From: a virus
Reading direction: 5' to 3' (one strand)
Virus record (IMG/VR): IMGVR_UViG_3300021197_001787
Span: 32,001 to 96,000 of that record
Length of the DNA: 64,000 bases
The notes beneath the pieces were generated by a model. It was not told the DNA's origin. It did no database searches and worked only from the letters and a program-made list of their open reading frames with translations. This document shows, one piece after another, positions 29,192 through 39,559 of the stretch. How positions within the stretch are numbered: position 1 is the stretch's first letter; every line of letters starts with the position of its first letter. The position numbers were made by a program, and so were the translations under genes.

Positions 29192-30321
29192 TTTATTTCC
29201 ATAACGTCTACGACACGATGTATCTCTTCGTTTGTTAATTCAGGATATATTGGCAAAGCCAAGACTTCTTTGCATGCTTTCTCAGTAACGGGAAAATCTC
29301 CCTCACTATAACCGAAGTGTGATATACATCCTTGAGTGTGTATTGGATACGGGTAATAAACATTACAACCAATTTTAGAGTTATTTAATCTTTTTCTAAT
29401 ATTGTCTCTTTTAGAACTTCTAATAACATACTGATTGAAAACGTGGTAACCTTCTGATAAAACAAATGGGGGCAAAGGGCCTTCAGCCAGCGGTTCAAGA
29501 TTTTTATTTAAACGCGAATTATATTCTTGAGCATTTTCGTTTCTTTGTCGTGACCACCACTCAATATATCTTAACTTAACATTTAATACGCCGGCCTGTA
29601 AAGCATCAAGCCTAAAATTACCACCGATATGTTCATAATGATAAGGATTCTTCATGTCAATACCGTGCTGACGGGTTCTGAGCATCTTTTGATATAGTTC
29701 TTCACTATTAGTGGTTACCATACCTCCATCCCCATACGCGCCTAGATTTTTAGCAGGGAAAAAACTAAAGCAGCCTGTATCACCCATCGAACCTGCACGT
29801 TTGCCCTTCCACTCGGCCGCCACTGCTTGAGCAGCATCTTCAATAACTTTAAGATTATATTTTTTTGCAATACGATTAATTTCATCCATATTTGAACACT
29901 GACCAAAAAGATGGACAGGAATAATAGCTTTTGTTTTTTCTGTTATTGCTTCTTCAATTTTAGATGTGTCAATATTGAAGGTTTTTTCGTCAATATCAAC
30001 AAACACCGGTGTACCACCCATCCGTATGATCGCCTCTGCAGTTGCAAAAAAAGTAAATGGGGTTGTGATTACTTCGTCGCCGCAGCCGATCTGCAGAGCG
30101 ATTAAGGACATTATAAGTGCATCAGTGCCTGAACTACAACCAACTGCAAATTTAGTACCGCAAAAATTAGCAAAATTTTCTTCAAATTGCTGTACAACAG
30201 GGCCATTCACAAAACGCTGTGAATCAATAATTGATTCAACTACCGGTTTTATTTCGTGTTTAATAATCTCATGTTGACGTGTGAGATCTAATAATTTAAT
30301 TTCATCCATTAATTTTACCAT
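29188..30321 (-). CDS. DegT/DnrJ/EryC1/StrS aminotransferase (WbpE/WlbC-like)
   Basis: SSGTDAL, PVHLFGQ, IEDAAQA, SFFPAKNLGAYGDGG, NFRLDALQA, LPIYPEL; start may be 30309. Confidence 0.95.
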   Translation of the reverse strand: MVKLMDEIKLLDLTRQHEIIKHEIKPVVESIIDSQRFVNGPVVQQFEENFANFCGTKFAVGCSSGTDALIMSLIALQIGCGDEVITTPFTFFATAEAIIRMGGTPVFVDIDEKTFNIDTSKIEEAITEKTKAIIPVHLFGQCSNMDEINRIAKKYNLKVIEDAAQAVAAEWKGKRAGSMGDTGCFSFFPAKNLGAYGDGGMVTTNSEELYQKMLRTRQHGIDMKNPYHYEHIGGNFRLDALQAGVLNVKLRYIEWWSRQRNENAQEYNSRLNKNLEPLAEGPLPPFVLSEGYHVFNQYVIRSSKRDNIRKRLNNSKIGCNVYYPYPIHTQGCISHFGYSEGDFPVTEKACKEVLALPIYPELTNEEIHRVVDVMEIK

Positions 30322-31198
30322 CTATAAAGTTATAATATTTTTGACATACTGAATTCATGTCAAACTGTTCATTTTTGTGCCATGTATTTTGGGTCTTGAG
30401 TGAGAAGTCCATCGGCGGTGGATTATATAGCTCAACGGGGCTATAATCCCAAGTTTTCTCTTCAACAATTATAGCATTTTTACCAGCAATTTCTTTAGTA
30501 CCGCCGGCACTAGAGCATATAATTTGACAACCACTGGCCATGGCATCTACTACTACATTCGGACAATGATCCAACCACGCTAAATGAATAAAATATTTAG
30601 ACGCTTTATACAGTGAGAACAATTTCTCTGTTGATAACTCACCGACATAATGAACTCTATTATGAGCTTGCTTGTCTTCTACCGTGCCGGCTACTATGAG
30701 TCCATCGTTTGGCCCAGAATGTTCTATAAAATACCTAATATTTTCATTTAGTCTTTTGTGTGGGCGCCATGATGAGGCACAAGACCAGATATTTTCATAT
30801 TTGTCAATTTTAATTTTTTCAACAGAATTAATTAATTCTAAATCGGCACCATTATGGATAATCGCATAATTATTATGTGGCCCAAAATATTTAAAAGTCA
30901 ATTCTTTATTGAAATTAGATTGAAATATTACACCGGCTGCTGATTCATAAGTTCTTTTAATATTTGAATTTTGGGCAGCGTAGTCAAAGGCGCTGTTAAA
31001 GTATATGCCGTCGAGCCTTTGGAATAGGGGGGCATTGTGTGTGGTCCTACCAGACTCAATAAAACATAGGTAGGCATCCGGCTCGGGGGTGTTATTGATC
31101 GTGACCCCACAAGACGGCATATACTTAAACAGCTTCTGACCAAACGAATTTGGGCCAGAGTTCGAATTTAAATTAACATTTTCTAAAACTAAATTCAA
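30302..31198 (-). CDS. Glycosyltransferase family 4 (GT-B)
   Basis: SGPNSFG, DHCPNVVVDAMASGCQII..GGTKE. Confidence 0.88.
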   Translation of the reverse strand: MNLVLENVNLNSNSGPNSFGQKLFKYMPSCGVTINNTPEPDAYLCFIESGRTTHNAPLFQRLDGIYFNSAFDYAAQNSNIKRTYESAAGVIFQSNFNKELTFKYFGPHNNYAIIHNGADLELINSVEKIKIDKYENIWSCASSWRPHKRLNENIRYFIEHSGPNDGLIVAGTVEDKQAHNRVHYVGELSTEKLFSLYKASKYFIHLAWLDHCPNVVVDAMASGCQIICSSAGGTKEIAGKNAIIVEEKTWDYSPVELYNPPPMDFSLKTQNTWHKNEQFDMNSVCQKYYNFIDGKING

Positions 31199-31857
31199 AA
31201 TTCATATCCGTATAATTCAATTTCATCGCGATATATTTCATGAACAATAGACTTCATAACACCATTGCCAATATTATAATAATTATTATATTCCGGAAAA
31301 CGATCATTGCTCTTATTGATTGACGGTACATCTATATTTTTTAAGTCAAACTCGCACATTTTACTTAAAGTTTTTAAATCTTCTGTCATATTTTCATAGC
31401 GACCACAAAAATCTATTATTTGCTCACCATTTTTATGTGTGTAATAAGCTTGTGGTCTTAAATGTCCATCAAGTTCGTAATTGAGCAAATCTTCTTCCCA
31501 CAGCCACTTGATTAAGCTTATAAAAAATCTAAATTTAGTTATTTTATCGTCACCTTGTAACATGTGACCACAATTATTAATCTGATGTTCAAAAATTGAC
31601 ACGATTCTATCCCACGGATTTCTAACAAACGTAAAAGTCAACAGATCATCTTTGGACAGTTGATATTCATCTAAAGTGGCATGTTGTAAACTAATGCCTT
31701 TATTTGTAGCAAATTTTGAGTCAGAAAAGTGAGGTATTCTTTGGCCACTAGAAATTGATTTTTTTAATTGAGCATCGGTAGTTCTTCCTGCTGGTAAAAC
31801 ATCGGTGATTGACGTGCCACCAGTTCGCGGAATGTGAAGAAATAGGTAAGGTTTCAT
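31195..31857 (-). CDS. Sulfotransferase (Sulfotransfer_2-like)
   Basis: PAPS-binding motifs FLHIPRTGGTS and FVRNPWDRIVS. Confidence 0.88.
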   Translation of the reverse strand: MKPYLFLHIPRTGGTSITDVLPAGRTTDAQLKKSISSGQRIPHFSDSKFATNKGISLQHATLDEYQLSKDDLLTFTFVRNPWDRIVSIFEHQINNCGHMLQGDDKITKFRFFISLIKWLWEEDLLNYELDGHLRPQAYYTHKNGEQIIDFCGRYENMTEDLKTLSKMCEFDLKNIDVPSINKSNDRFPEYNNYYNIGNGVMKSIVHEIYRDEIELYGYEF

Positions 31858-33473
31858 AATTCTATTCTCTTATATGGAGTTTTATTTCTAACTTCTTGAG
31901 CAGTATTAAACTGTTCTTCTTGTTTAATTTTATCAACATTCAAAGGATTGACTCTGTTATAGACATGCATAACCTCTGGAATATAGATTGCTCTTTCTGC
32001 CGCCATCTCCAATAGTGGTAACATTATAGCTTGATCATAAGCAACTTTGTAGTATCCTTCTTCATTTTTTAAATCATCGTGGTCTATCTCTTTCCACAAT
32101 TTATGTTTAAATGTTCTAAGATGTGAAGCGCGCCATTGATCGCTTCTAAATGAATTGTTTTTAATTACGTCTTCGGGATATTGAGAAGGTTCAACACCTT
32201 TATTGCCATGAGGGGCGTATACATAACTACCATATGTCATTAAGCAATCTTGCGAATTATATACTTTTTCTAAATGACTTAAAGTTTTGTTAGACGGCAA
32301 CCAGTCATCTCCATCTAATAATATAATAATGTCTTCATCATCAATATCTTCAATATTTTGTATTGTTTCAGCGATATTGCCCAAAGCATATTTCTTATCA
32401 ATATTTTGAATTAGTTTAAAGCGGTCGTCACTAACAGTTGATAATGCAGCTATATTCGCACTGCGATCATCAGAACAATCGTCAATCATATAACAATTAA
32501 AATTTTTATTGTTTTGCCTTTTTAGGCTATAGATTGTACGACCAATAAACCCCTCAGTATTAAAGAAAGGGGTAATAATTCTAAATGTTTGTGTGGGTGC
32601 CTGTACATCAGTTTTAGGAGTTTCACAATTCCATATTTCTTCGGTCATTTCCCAAAATATGTCTGGCCTTTCATACATATATTCGATTGTGCTCTCTTCG
32701 GTCTCAAACCATGGCTCATCTTTGTGTTGTACATTGTCATTAAGGATTAAATCACAACCTAATATTTTTGCTTCTATCGTAAACCGTGGACATGTATCAC
32801 CGCCTTTTGGCAAAAAGATGATTCCTTTAGAAACTGCTAATTTTTTGAGTACCTCTTTATATTCAAGACCACCAACTAACTCATACTCTAAGTTATTACG
32901 TTGTGCATAGAAAACACAGTCTTGAGTACCCTTAATCCAGGATTGAGAATTGATAATAAGATATTTATTATTCTTTTCCATATTTCTAAGACTGTTAATA
33001 TAATTCAAAGTCTCGTGTGTAAACAAAGAACTTAAAACGTTATTATTTGCTTTCTCAAGAAACGGAAAATTGTCAAGATATCTTTGTTTTTGATTAGCAC
33101 TCATCCACATTACAGATTTTGCATGCATCATAAACATCGCCACTGCTTTTGCAAGTTGTTTTTCTTTGCAATCACATACTCCTTCTTCTGCTATGTGTTT
33201 TTCAGGAGAACGATATTTACAAAATTTATAATCGTATTCAATGACTGAATACGACAAGTTTTTGATTGCATATACCAAACAATCCAGCGACACTTCTGTG
33301 AAGTTGCCAAAAATCCAGAATGCATTTGGATACTGTGACATTATTTCAACTGTCAAAAATCTTGAATTTATTTGAGCTACTGGCATTAAGCTAGTTTCAA
33401 TCAAGGCCTGAGTTGATAGTTCTCCGCCACCTACATAATCTTTGACAAATAAGTCAGAGACGAATACAATCAT
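31854..33473 (-). CDS. Bifunctional glycosyltransferase (GT-B-like N-half + GT2 C-half)
   Basis: C-half IITPFFN, IDDCSDD, LLDGDD, DQAIMLP; N-half GGELS...DTCPRFTIEAKILGC. Confidence 0.8.
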   Translation of the reverse strand: MIVFVSDLFVKDYVGGGELSTQALIETSLMPVAQINSRFLTVEIMSQYPNAFWIFGNFTEVSLDCLVYAIKNLSYSVIEYDYKFCKYRSPEKHIAEEGVCDCKEKQLAKAVAMFMMHAKSVMWMSANQKQRYLDNFPFLEKANNNVLSSLFTHETLNYINSLRNMEKNNKYLIINSQSWIKGTQDCVFYAQRNNLEYELVGGLEYKEVLKKLAVSKGIIFLPKGGDTCPRFTIEAKILGCDLILNDNVQHKDEPWFETEESTIEYMYERPDIFWEMTEEIWNCETPKTDVQAPTQTFRIITPFFNTEGFIGRTIYSLKRQNNKNFNCYMIDDCSDDRSANIAALSTVSDDRFKLIQNIDKKYALGNIAETIQNIEDIDDEDIIILLDGDDWLPSNKTLSHLEKVYNSQDCLMTYGSYVYAPHGNKGVEPSQYPEDVIKNNSFRSDQWRASHLRTFKHKLWKEIDHDDLKNEEGYYKVAYDQAIMLPLLEMAAERAIYIPEVMHVYNRVNPLNVDKIKQEEQFNTAQEVRNKTPYKRIEL

Positions 33474-34726
33474 TACAGAGCCTCAGCAAACAACTTCTCA
33501 ATTTCATCCATATCATTAACAATAGTTTGTGATGGCGCTTGAGAATGTACGAGGTCCACAAATTTACTGTACATTTTTTCTTTACTAAACCTTTCTTTGA
33601 GTTCTGCAGCATATTTTTGCGTGTCATAACCTTCTCCGGAAAGAATATCATTGTAACAATTTCTCATTTGTTCTTTTGCAGAAGTTTCCCTAGGGTATGC
33701 CCATGAAGATTCTTTAATCAATACTTTTTCCCACACAACTTCGTCAGGAATTTTATTAATATCAAAGGATACATTATAGAACTGGTCGTTACCAGACTCA
33801 TCACATAAGAAATCTAATTGTCCGGACCACCCTGTGCAAACAACTGGCAAACCTGAGTAAGCAGCTTCAAAAAGTGGCAATCCAAAACCCTCTCCATGTG
33901 GAAACGCTATCATAGCTTTAATATTTGGATTTTTATAAAGGCCATGCATTTCTGTTTCAGTCATATCTCCATGAATTAAATAAATTTTGCATTTCTTTTC
34001 CGGGTATGTGGCGTTAATTTGGTCCTTCAAACGACGGTACATATGTTCACGATCAATAACTGAATTTTTAGCTATATTAGTCTTTACCACTAAGCCAACC
34101 TCATCATTGTGAAATTCTTCAATGAACCATTTAACTGTATTGGCCATATTTTTTCTCGGGCCCCACTGAGCCACAACCAAAAAGTTTGTATCATACTCAA
34201 GATTAAGATTTAAAGGCTCAACATCATCGTATTCCTTTACAGCATAATTTACAAAATCAATTGGCTTTTCAAGTTTAAGATGAGCAGGTTGTCCATTGAT
34301 CTCACCTGAATATGTTGTTTCTTTGAAAGCTGTAGTTGAAAAACTTGATACAACAATAAGCGAATTAACAACTTGGTTGATAGCTTGTAACCATTCTGCA
34401 GCTACTAATGTGCTTTCAATACCAGCAGTATAACCAATATTGATTGTAGCCATATCTTCAAATTCATTAGGAATGGTTACTTGTAGTGACATGTCAAATT
34501 TGCCACCTTGCTGTATAAAACCAATAGTCTTTTCAATAGTATTATCAATCCATTGTCTTTGTTCGCTTTGCTCTGAGATCCATGATGTTTTTCCCCATTG
34601 TAATGGTTGAATATAGATGTCAAACAAATCTTCTCGCGAGCGTAAGGCTTCTAAAGCAAATCGTGATTGTTCGCCATAACCACTTCTTGTAAGGACGGGG
34701 CCCTTAATTAATATTTTCTGTTTCAT
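33473..34726 (-). CDS. Glycosyltransferase family 4
   Basis: RSGYGE, PRKN, HGEGFGLPLFEAAYSGLPVVCTGWSG; start set at 34726 (GGAGG RBS, ATGA overlap). Confidence 0.9.
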   Translation of the reverse strand: MKQKILIKGPVLTRSGYGEQSRFALEALRSREDLFDIYIQPLQWGKTSWISEQSEQRQWIDNTIEKTIGFIQQGGKFDMSLQVTIPNEFEDMATINIGYTAGIESTLVAAEWLQAINQVVNSLIVVSSFSTTAFKETTYSGEINGQPAHLKLEKPIDFVNYAVKEYDDVEPLNLNLEYDTNFLVVAQWGPRKNMANTVKWFIEEFHNDEVGLVVKTNIAKNSVIDREHMYRRLKDQINATYPEKKCKIYLIHGDMTETEMHGLYKNPNIKAMIAFPHGEGFGLPLFEAAYSGLPVVCTGWSGQLDFLCDESGNDQFYNVSFDINKIPDEVVWEKVLIKESSWAYPRETSAKEQMRNCYNDILSGEGYDTQKYAAELKERFSKEKMYSKFVDLVHSQAPSQTIVNDMDEIEKLFAEAL

Positions 34727-36003
34727 GCTACCTCCATAAAGTGCCACGAATCGTAATTCTTTCTTGTTTCCCAAGAACCGTTTTTCTCAATAAAATCATC
34801 CATTATATTAACCCAACTTTTTTCATAAGTTTCAAAGTTGTAGTTATCTAAAATATGTTGTCTTCCAGCAACAGCCATGACATCATAACGTTTTTTGGGT
34901 AGTTTTATAGCTTTACTTAACATTTTTTCAAAATCTTGCTGGCTAATTCTGTCTTCATAAATGTAAGGTACTTGTAAAGAACCAATAACCGATTTACTTG
35001 AAGGTTGTATACCCCATCCGAACCACTCTTCACCATTGGTGACTTGTTCTTGTAAACCACCTGTCATATTAACAATGATGGGGCTTCCACAAGCTAAAGA
35101 TTCTAAAGTTGCAAGGCCAAAGCCCTCAGCATCTGAGATATTAATGGTATAATCACAAGCACGATAGTAATCAGCCAATTGTTCTGGGGAGACTTTATTG
35201 GTCGATAGCATAACTTGACCATCGGTAAGTCCCAAATGTTCAATTATATGGGGTAAATCTTGGCCATGTGGGTCTTGGGCGTCTGTATGCATGAGCAAAG
35301 AAGCCTTATCGTGGCCCACTTGGTCTAACCATTCTTTAAACCACCAAATAATTGTACCTGATTGCTTTCGTCGGGCATTGCGATTATTCCAAAAGAACAC
35401 CTTTTTCTTTGGGTTGTCCATACTGGACATATCGTCAATTGCTTTTCTAACTTCTTTAACTTGTTTTATTTCTTCAGGTGTTGTTGCTGGTTTAAAAATA
35501 TTTGAGTGCACCGCATGTGGTAAATAACAAGAGTCAACATCTGGTGCCACAGTCTGCAAAATTTTGTAAGTCACTTTTGAAATACAGACAACTTTATCAT
35601 TTGATCTGTAGTATTTTCCATTAAAATATGGAGGTGGGAAATTATCCCAAACATGATAGTATATCATTGGTACATTTGCGCGCACTTCGTTTTCAATTTC
35701 CCATAGCCACTCATAGAACCTAGGGTCAGTCATAAACCAGATTACATCCGGCTTTTCTTTTTGTAAAATACCACGAATCATTTCTTGATTGCCATAACCA
35801 TCAACTGGGTGAATAACCCAATCATCACCATGGCCCTCAACTTTTACAGGGCGATAGTCATTATGCTTAATAGCCCCACCCAAACAAATGAACTTATAAC
35901 GTCCACTTTTGAGTAGGGCCTCAATCATATATTTTGTTTGAGTGCCAACGCCGGAAGGCGAGAGCGGGTGGTCTGATAAGACCAAGATTTTCTTTTTTGT
36001 CAT
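34723..36003 (-). CDS. Glycosyltransferase family 4
   Basis: SPSGVG, NRNARRK, AEGFGLATLESLACGSPII. Confidence 0.9.
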   Translation of the reverse strand: MTKKKILVLSDHPLSPSGVGTQTKYMIEALLKSGRYKFICLGGAIKHNDYRPVKVEGHGDDWVIHPVDGYGNQEMIRGILQKEKPDVIWFMTDPRFYEWLWEIENEVRANVPMIYYHVWDNFPPPYFNGKYYRSNDKVVCISKVTYKILQTVAPDVDSCYLPHAVHSNIFKPATTPEEIKQVKEVRKAIDDMSSMDNPKKKVFFWNNRNARRKQSGTIIWWFKEWLDQVGHDKASLLMHTDAQDPHGQDLPHIIEHLGLTDGQVMLSTNKVSPEQLADYYRACDYTINISDAEGFGLATLESLACGSPIIVNMTGGLQEQVTNGEEWFGWGIQPSSKSVIGSLQVPYIYEDRISQQDFEKMLSKAIKLPKKRYDVMAVAGRQHILDNYNFETYEKSWVNIMDDFIEKNGSWETRKNYDSWHFMEVA

Positions 36004-36010
36004 TTATACC

Positions 36011-36781
36011 TCATGGACAATGTTCAGTTTTATAAAACTTGCATCCGTAGCCACCGGTGCAAGACAAACGGTTTTTAATGTACCGTTTATTTTTGATATT
36101 ATATAACGCCGTGTTTAAAAGTTTAAGCGCATTTTTAGTTTTTATGTTTCCACTGGTTACTCTAAAGAACTCTACATTGTTATTTTTCGCTGTACGCTTA
36201 AGCAATGCGAAGTGAGTTTCTACGTTTTTTGGGTCAATATTCATTTTTTGACAAAAGTAATGTTTATATAATGTAAGTTGGTAAGTTACCATTTTATCAG
36301 AGCGTTTTTTAGAATCCCATCCCCAAGAGCATGTCTTCCAATCAAAGATATGAATTTTCCCATCAGGAGTAGAAACAACAGCATCGATATAACCTTTAAA
36401 TTTATAGTCTTCTTCGTTTTCAATGTCTTCCATCAAAGGCATTTCAACTGCCAATACTTCGTACTCTTCAAAATATTCAGTGAGACCGGTCTGAATCTCT
36501 GGGATTATATGCTTTCCTTGGCCAACCATATCGAGAACTAATTTTTTATTAATATCTATGTCTTCTGGTAACTCCGCAATATTGTTTTTTAATTCTTTTA
36601 CAAAGAAGTCATTATCTACTTCTTCTTTCAGAAGCTTCTTTTCACATACAGAGTGCATAGCAGAGCCAAATGCAGTGTATTCGTTGCCTTTGAAACCATC
36701 AATTTTATCAACGCGCGTTAACTTGTGATAAAAAGAACAAAAATTCCAATCTTTTAATTCAGAATAAGATATATGTGACAT
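36011..36781 (-). CDS. PD-(D/E)XK nuclease (RecB/Cas4-like exonuclease)
   Basis: ISYSEL..C, FGSAMH, VEMPL, GYID, IFDWKT, QLTLY, C-terminal C..GCKFY..C. Confidence 0.9.
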   Translation of the reverse strand: MSHISYSELKDWNFCSFYHKLTRVDKIDGFKGNEYTAFGSAMHSVCEKKLLKEEVDNDFFVKELKNNIAELPEDIDINKKLVLDMVGQGKHIIPEIQTGLTEYFEEYEVLAVEMPLMEDIENEEDYKFKGYIDAVVSTPDGKIHIFDWKTCSWGWDSKKRSDKMVTYQLTLYKHYFCQKMNIDPKNVETHFALLKRTAKNNNVEFFRVTSGNIKTKNALKLLNTALYNIKNKRYIKNRLSCTGGYGCKFYKTEHCP

Positions 36782-36799
36782 AATGAACCCGTTTTCTAT

Positions 36800-36828
36800 A
36801 AAATAACATGTATTTTATTAGTTGTCAA
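36800..36828 (-). promoter_or_regulatory. Sigma70-type promoter upstream of nuclease/glycan operon
   Basis: Minus strand TTGACA-N17-TATTTT with TG extension. Confidence 0.7.
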
Positions 36829-37516
36829 GCGCTTCAACGTTATTAATTTTTTCAAGTTTATTATACAGGGCCGGCGCTATTTTTTTTAAAAATCCATGCT
36901 CATTGGGATTTAAATAAAATTCAGTAAAAGCAGTCGCAAAATATTCTCTTAAGGATGTGGGAGCGTATGGGCTGATAAAGATTCCTGATACTATCTTGGA
37001 CAATTTTTCGTATCCTACGTCTTTTAACAAAAATTGATCAAAATCAAAATCATACTCAGGATTCATAAACAGTTTTTTTGGTGCCTTGAAACCAGCTGAC
37101 CATAATAAATTATAAAGATGTTCTCTTTTAGCTAAAAATTCATTCTTAATTTTTGCATCTGCATATATTTCCTGCCCATACGCGACTTCAACAGCGTGCG
37201 CTGTCTCGTGAATCATATCATCAAGTAGATCTGACTCGTTCATATGTAAATTAGTAATATGTAAAGCACCGTCTTTGTAAAAAGCATTTATGTTACGCTC
37301 TTCAAATTCGTCAAAATGACCAATAATAATCATTTCAATTTCGCTCAATAGCTGTGTGGGTATTAATGACTCAAGTTTTGAAACAGCCATCTCAACATCT
37401 ACAGTATCGCTTACTAAACGATCTTTAAAATAAACATGGATCCCAGTTGAAGTATAAAAATTACTTACTTGTTCTTCAATTTTCTTTTGATTTTGCTGGA
37501 TATATTCCTTGAGCAT
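36818..37516 (-). CDS. Zincin-like metallopeptidase domain protein
   Basis: HETAH (HExxH) with downstream REYFA as likely third ligand. Confidence 0.65.
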   Translation of the reverse strand: MLKEYIQQNQKKIEEQVSNFYTSTGIHVYFKDRLVSDTVDVEMAVSKLESLIPTQLLSEIEMIIIGHFDEFEERNINAFYKDGALHITNLHMNESDLLDDMIHETAHAVEVAYGQEIYADAKIKNEFLAKREHLYNLLWSAGFKAPKKLFMNPEYDFDFDQFLLKDVGYEKLSKIVSGIFISPYAPTSLREYFATAFTEFYLNPNEHGFLKKIAPALYNKLEKINNVEALDN

Positions 37517-37760
37517 CGTCTAATCCTTGTTGATAGCCTCTTAAAAAGTTTTCTTCTGCAAATGCATAGGCAAATTCTGGAAAGTCTGCAGCTATAACTT
37601 CTGCTATCATGTGGACAGTTACATCTTCCTTGTCTAGTTTGGTTCCCACATATTCAACAAGGTATTCTTTTAAATGTGTGTCCCCACTCACCCTCATTGA
37701 TAGAAGAGGATTAGTGTGAACATCTTTTTCAGTTATTGTATTGGTATCTTTTTCAGACAT
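37476..37760 (-). CDS. Hypothetical protein
   Basis: 94 aa, AGGAG RBS and own promoter; C-terminal RGYQQGLDDA. Confidence 0.75.
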   Translation of the reverse strand: MSEKDTNTITEKDVHTNPLLSMRVSGDTHLKEYLVEYVGTKLDKEDVTVHMIAEVIAADFPEFAYAFAEENFLRGYQQGLDDAQGIYPAKSKEN

Positions 37761-37778
37761 AGTTTTTCTCCTTTAACT

Positions 37779-37807
37779 AATATAACTTAAAAATAAGCTT
37801 TTGTTAA
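37779..37807 (-). promoter_or_regulatory. Sigma70-type promoter
   Basis: Minus strand TTAACA-N17-TATATT. Confidence 0.6.
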
Positions 37808-39142
37808 CTATAAAACTTTAGACGCCAAAGTAGCAAGTTCGGAACGCTCGCCTTTTCGGAAAGTTACATGGCCAGAGATATGATAGTCCTTAAAACTTTC
37901 TACGGCGTGAGCGAGTCCATTTGATGTCTCATTCACATATACATTATCAATTTGCTCAATATCGCCAGTCAATACAATTTTTGTTCCTTCTCCAATGCGT
38001 GTAATAATCGTTTTTATTTCATGCTTTGTCAAGTTTTGAGCTTCATCGATAACAATGAAGGCATTTGCGATAGAGCGGCCGCGGATGTAAGTTAAAGCTT
38101 CTAACTCAATCTTACCTTTTTCCATATACATCTCAAGTGAAGTTCTGTCGCCCATTAAAAACTTAAGATTGTCTTGAATAGGCATCAGCCATGGGAGCAT
38201 TTTTTCTTCCATGGTACCCGGCAGAAATCCAATGTCTTTGCCGAGAGGTTGAACTGGCCTGGATACAATAAGACGTGAGTAATGGTTATTTTCGGTTCGC
38301 AAACCAATAGTCTGCTGTAGACCGGCTGCGATAGCCATAAGTGTTTTTCCCGAGCCGGCGCGCCCAATCAAAGAAACAATCTTAATGTTAGGATCCAACA
38401 GCATATCAATTGCGAAGGCCTGTTCCTTGTTCCTTGCGTCTATGTTCCAATCGGGGATACTCTTATGCACTACCTTCTGTAATGGCGTGAAGTGGTCTTT
38501 AAAGCGCGCTAACGCTGATTTCTTTTCATTAGCATTAGAAACCATCATGACATATTGATTAGGACACCATTTATGGTCGACCTCATCTTCAAGAATAGTT
38601 ATGTCTTCACCGGAATAATAACGGTCAATGATTTGTTCATCAACAGGTTGTACTACAAACCCATTATATAGCTCATCTGTGTTTCTTACGGCTTTTTCTG
38701 ATACGTAATCTTCTGCTGGTATACCAATAGAATCACATATTACTCTCATGTTGATGTCACGAGAGACCATAATGGTTTTTCTGTTATTACTATTTTGCTG
38801 CACAGCCATGGCAGTTGCTATTATTGTATGATCTGGGTGGCGGATGTCTAAATCGGGCGGGAATATAACATTATTTAAAGATGAATAAGAAATAACTTTT
38901 AATATTCCCAGACCTTTATCAATCCTAATACCTTTTTCGAGATTGCCGCGGGAGCGCAATTCATCTAATGTACGTATAAATTGCCTAGCATTGGAGCCAA
39001 CCGAATCTTGTCTCTTTTTATGCCCATCTACTTCTTCTAAAACTTTTAGTGGGATAAAAATATCATGATTTTCAAATTTGTATATTGAGCCGGCGTCTGT
39101 AAGATACACGCTAGTATCAAGTACATAATTCTTTTTAGCCAT
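37808..39142 (-). CDS. phoH: PhoH-family ATPase with N-terminal PIN domain
   Basis: VLDTSV and SRDINMR (PIN); GRAGSGKT Walker A, IGFLPG, YIRGRS, IDEAQN, LTGD..QID. Confidence 0.95.
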   Translation of the reverse strand: MAKKNYVLDTSVYLTDAGSIYKFENHDIFIPLKVLEEVDGHKKRQDSVGSNARQFIRTLDELRSRGNLEKGIRIDKGLGILKVISYSSLNNVIFPPDLDIRHPDHTIIATAMAVQQNSNNRKTIMVSRDINMRVICDSIGIPAEDYVSEKAVRNTDELYNGFVVQPVDEQIIDRYYSGEDITILEDEVDHKWCPNQYVMMVSNANEKKSALARFKDHFTPLQKVVHKSIPDWNIDARNKEQAFAIDMLLDPNIKIVSLIGRAGSGKTLMAIAAGLQQTIGLRTENNHYSRLIVSRPVQPLGKDIGFLPGTMEEKMLPWLMPIQDNLKFLMGDRTSLEMYMEKGKIELEALTYIRGRSIANAFIVIDEAQNLTKHEIKTIITRIGEGTKIVLTGDIEQIDNVYVNETSNGLAHAVESFKDYHISGHVTFRKGERSELATLASKVL

Positions 39143-39187
39143 AGAGTCTGATTAATAACCTTTCTTTATATAGTGTTTAGAAAACAT

Positions 39188-39442
39188 TTATTGTCCGTTT
39201 ACTATTTGCCAATCAGCTATAAAAACTATTGGTTTTTCATCTTTTTTATATGGTACACCACATTTACGTAATTTTTCAACATCTTTTTGTTTATAAATTT
39301 GTGCTTCCCAACCATTTACACCTAATTTAAGTTCAGAATCGTGTGCTATATACCTTTTTTTCAATAGAACACTAACGTATGGGCCGGCAAAAGATTTAAC
39401 CGAGACTCTATCATTTTGGTGATATGTTTTTTTGAAATTCAT
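39188..39442 (-). CDS. Hypothetical protein
   Basis: 84-aa ORF in run of minus-strand genes. Confidence 0.6.
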   Translation of the reverse strand: MNFKKTYHQNDRVSVKSFAGPYVSVLLKKRYIAHDSELKLGVNGWEAQIYKQKDVEKLRKCGVPYKKDEKPIVFIADWQIVNGQ

Positions 39443-39554
39443 GAATTCTATCTGCGGAGTTGATTGTTTTTGGAAATAACATAATCCTAAAACAGAAAAA
39501 AGCAGCCAAGAACATTACTAAAAAAAGTATTGTTAACTCGGCCACCGTTTCCAC
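39411..39554 (-). CDS. Small single-TM hypothetical protein (47 aa, absent from ORF track)
   Basis: Manually read GTG-start ORF METVAELTILFLVMFLAAFFCFRIMLFPK...; ACTATTTA motif 6 nt upstream. Confidence 0.55.
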   Translation of the reverse strand: METVAELTILFLVMFLAAFFCFRIMLFPKTINSADRIHEFQKNISPK

Positions 39555-39559
39555 ACTAA

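Noticed and set aside
36011-36781. Cas4-like nuclease suggesting a CRISPR-Cas locus
   Set aside because: No repeat-spacer array or other cas gene seen anywhere in the window; solo PD-(D/E)XK exonucleases are common in phages.
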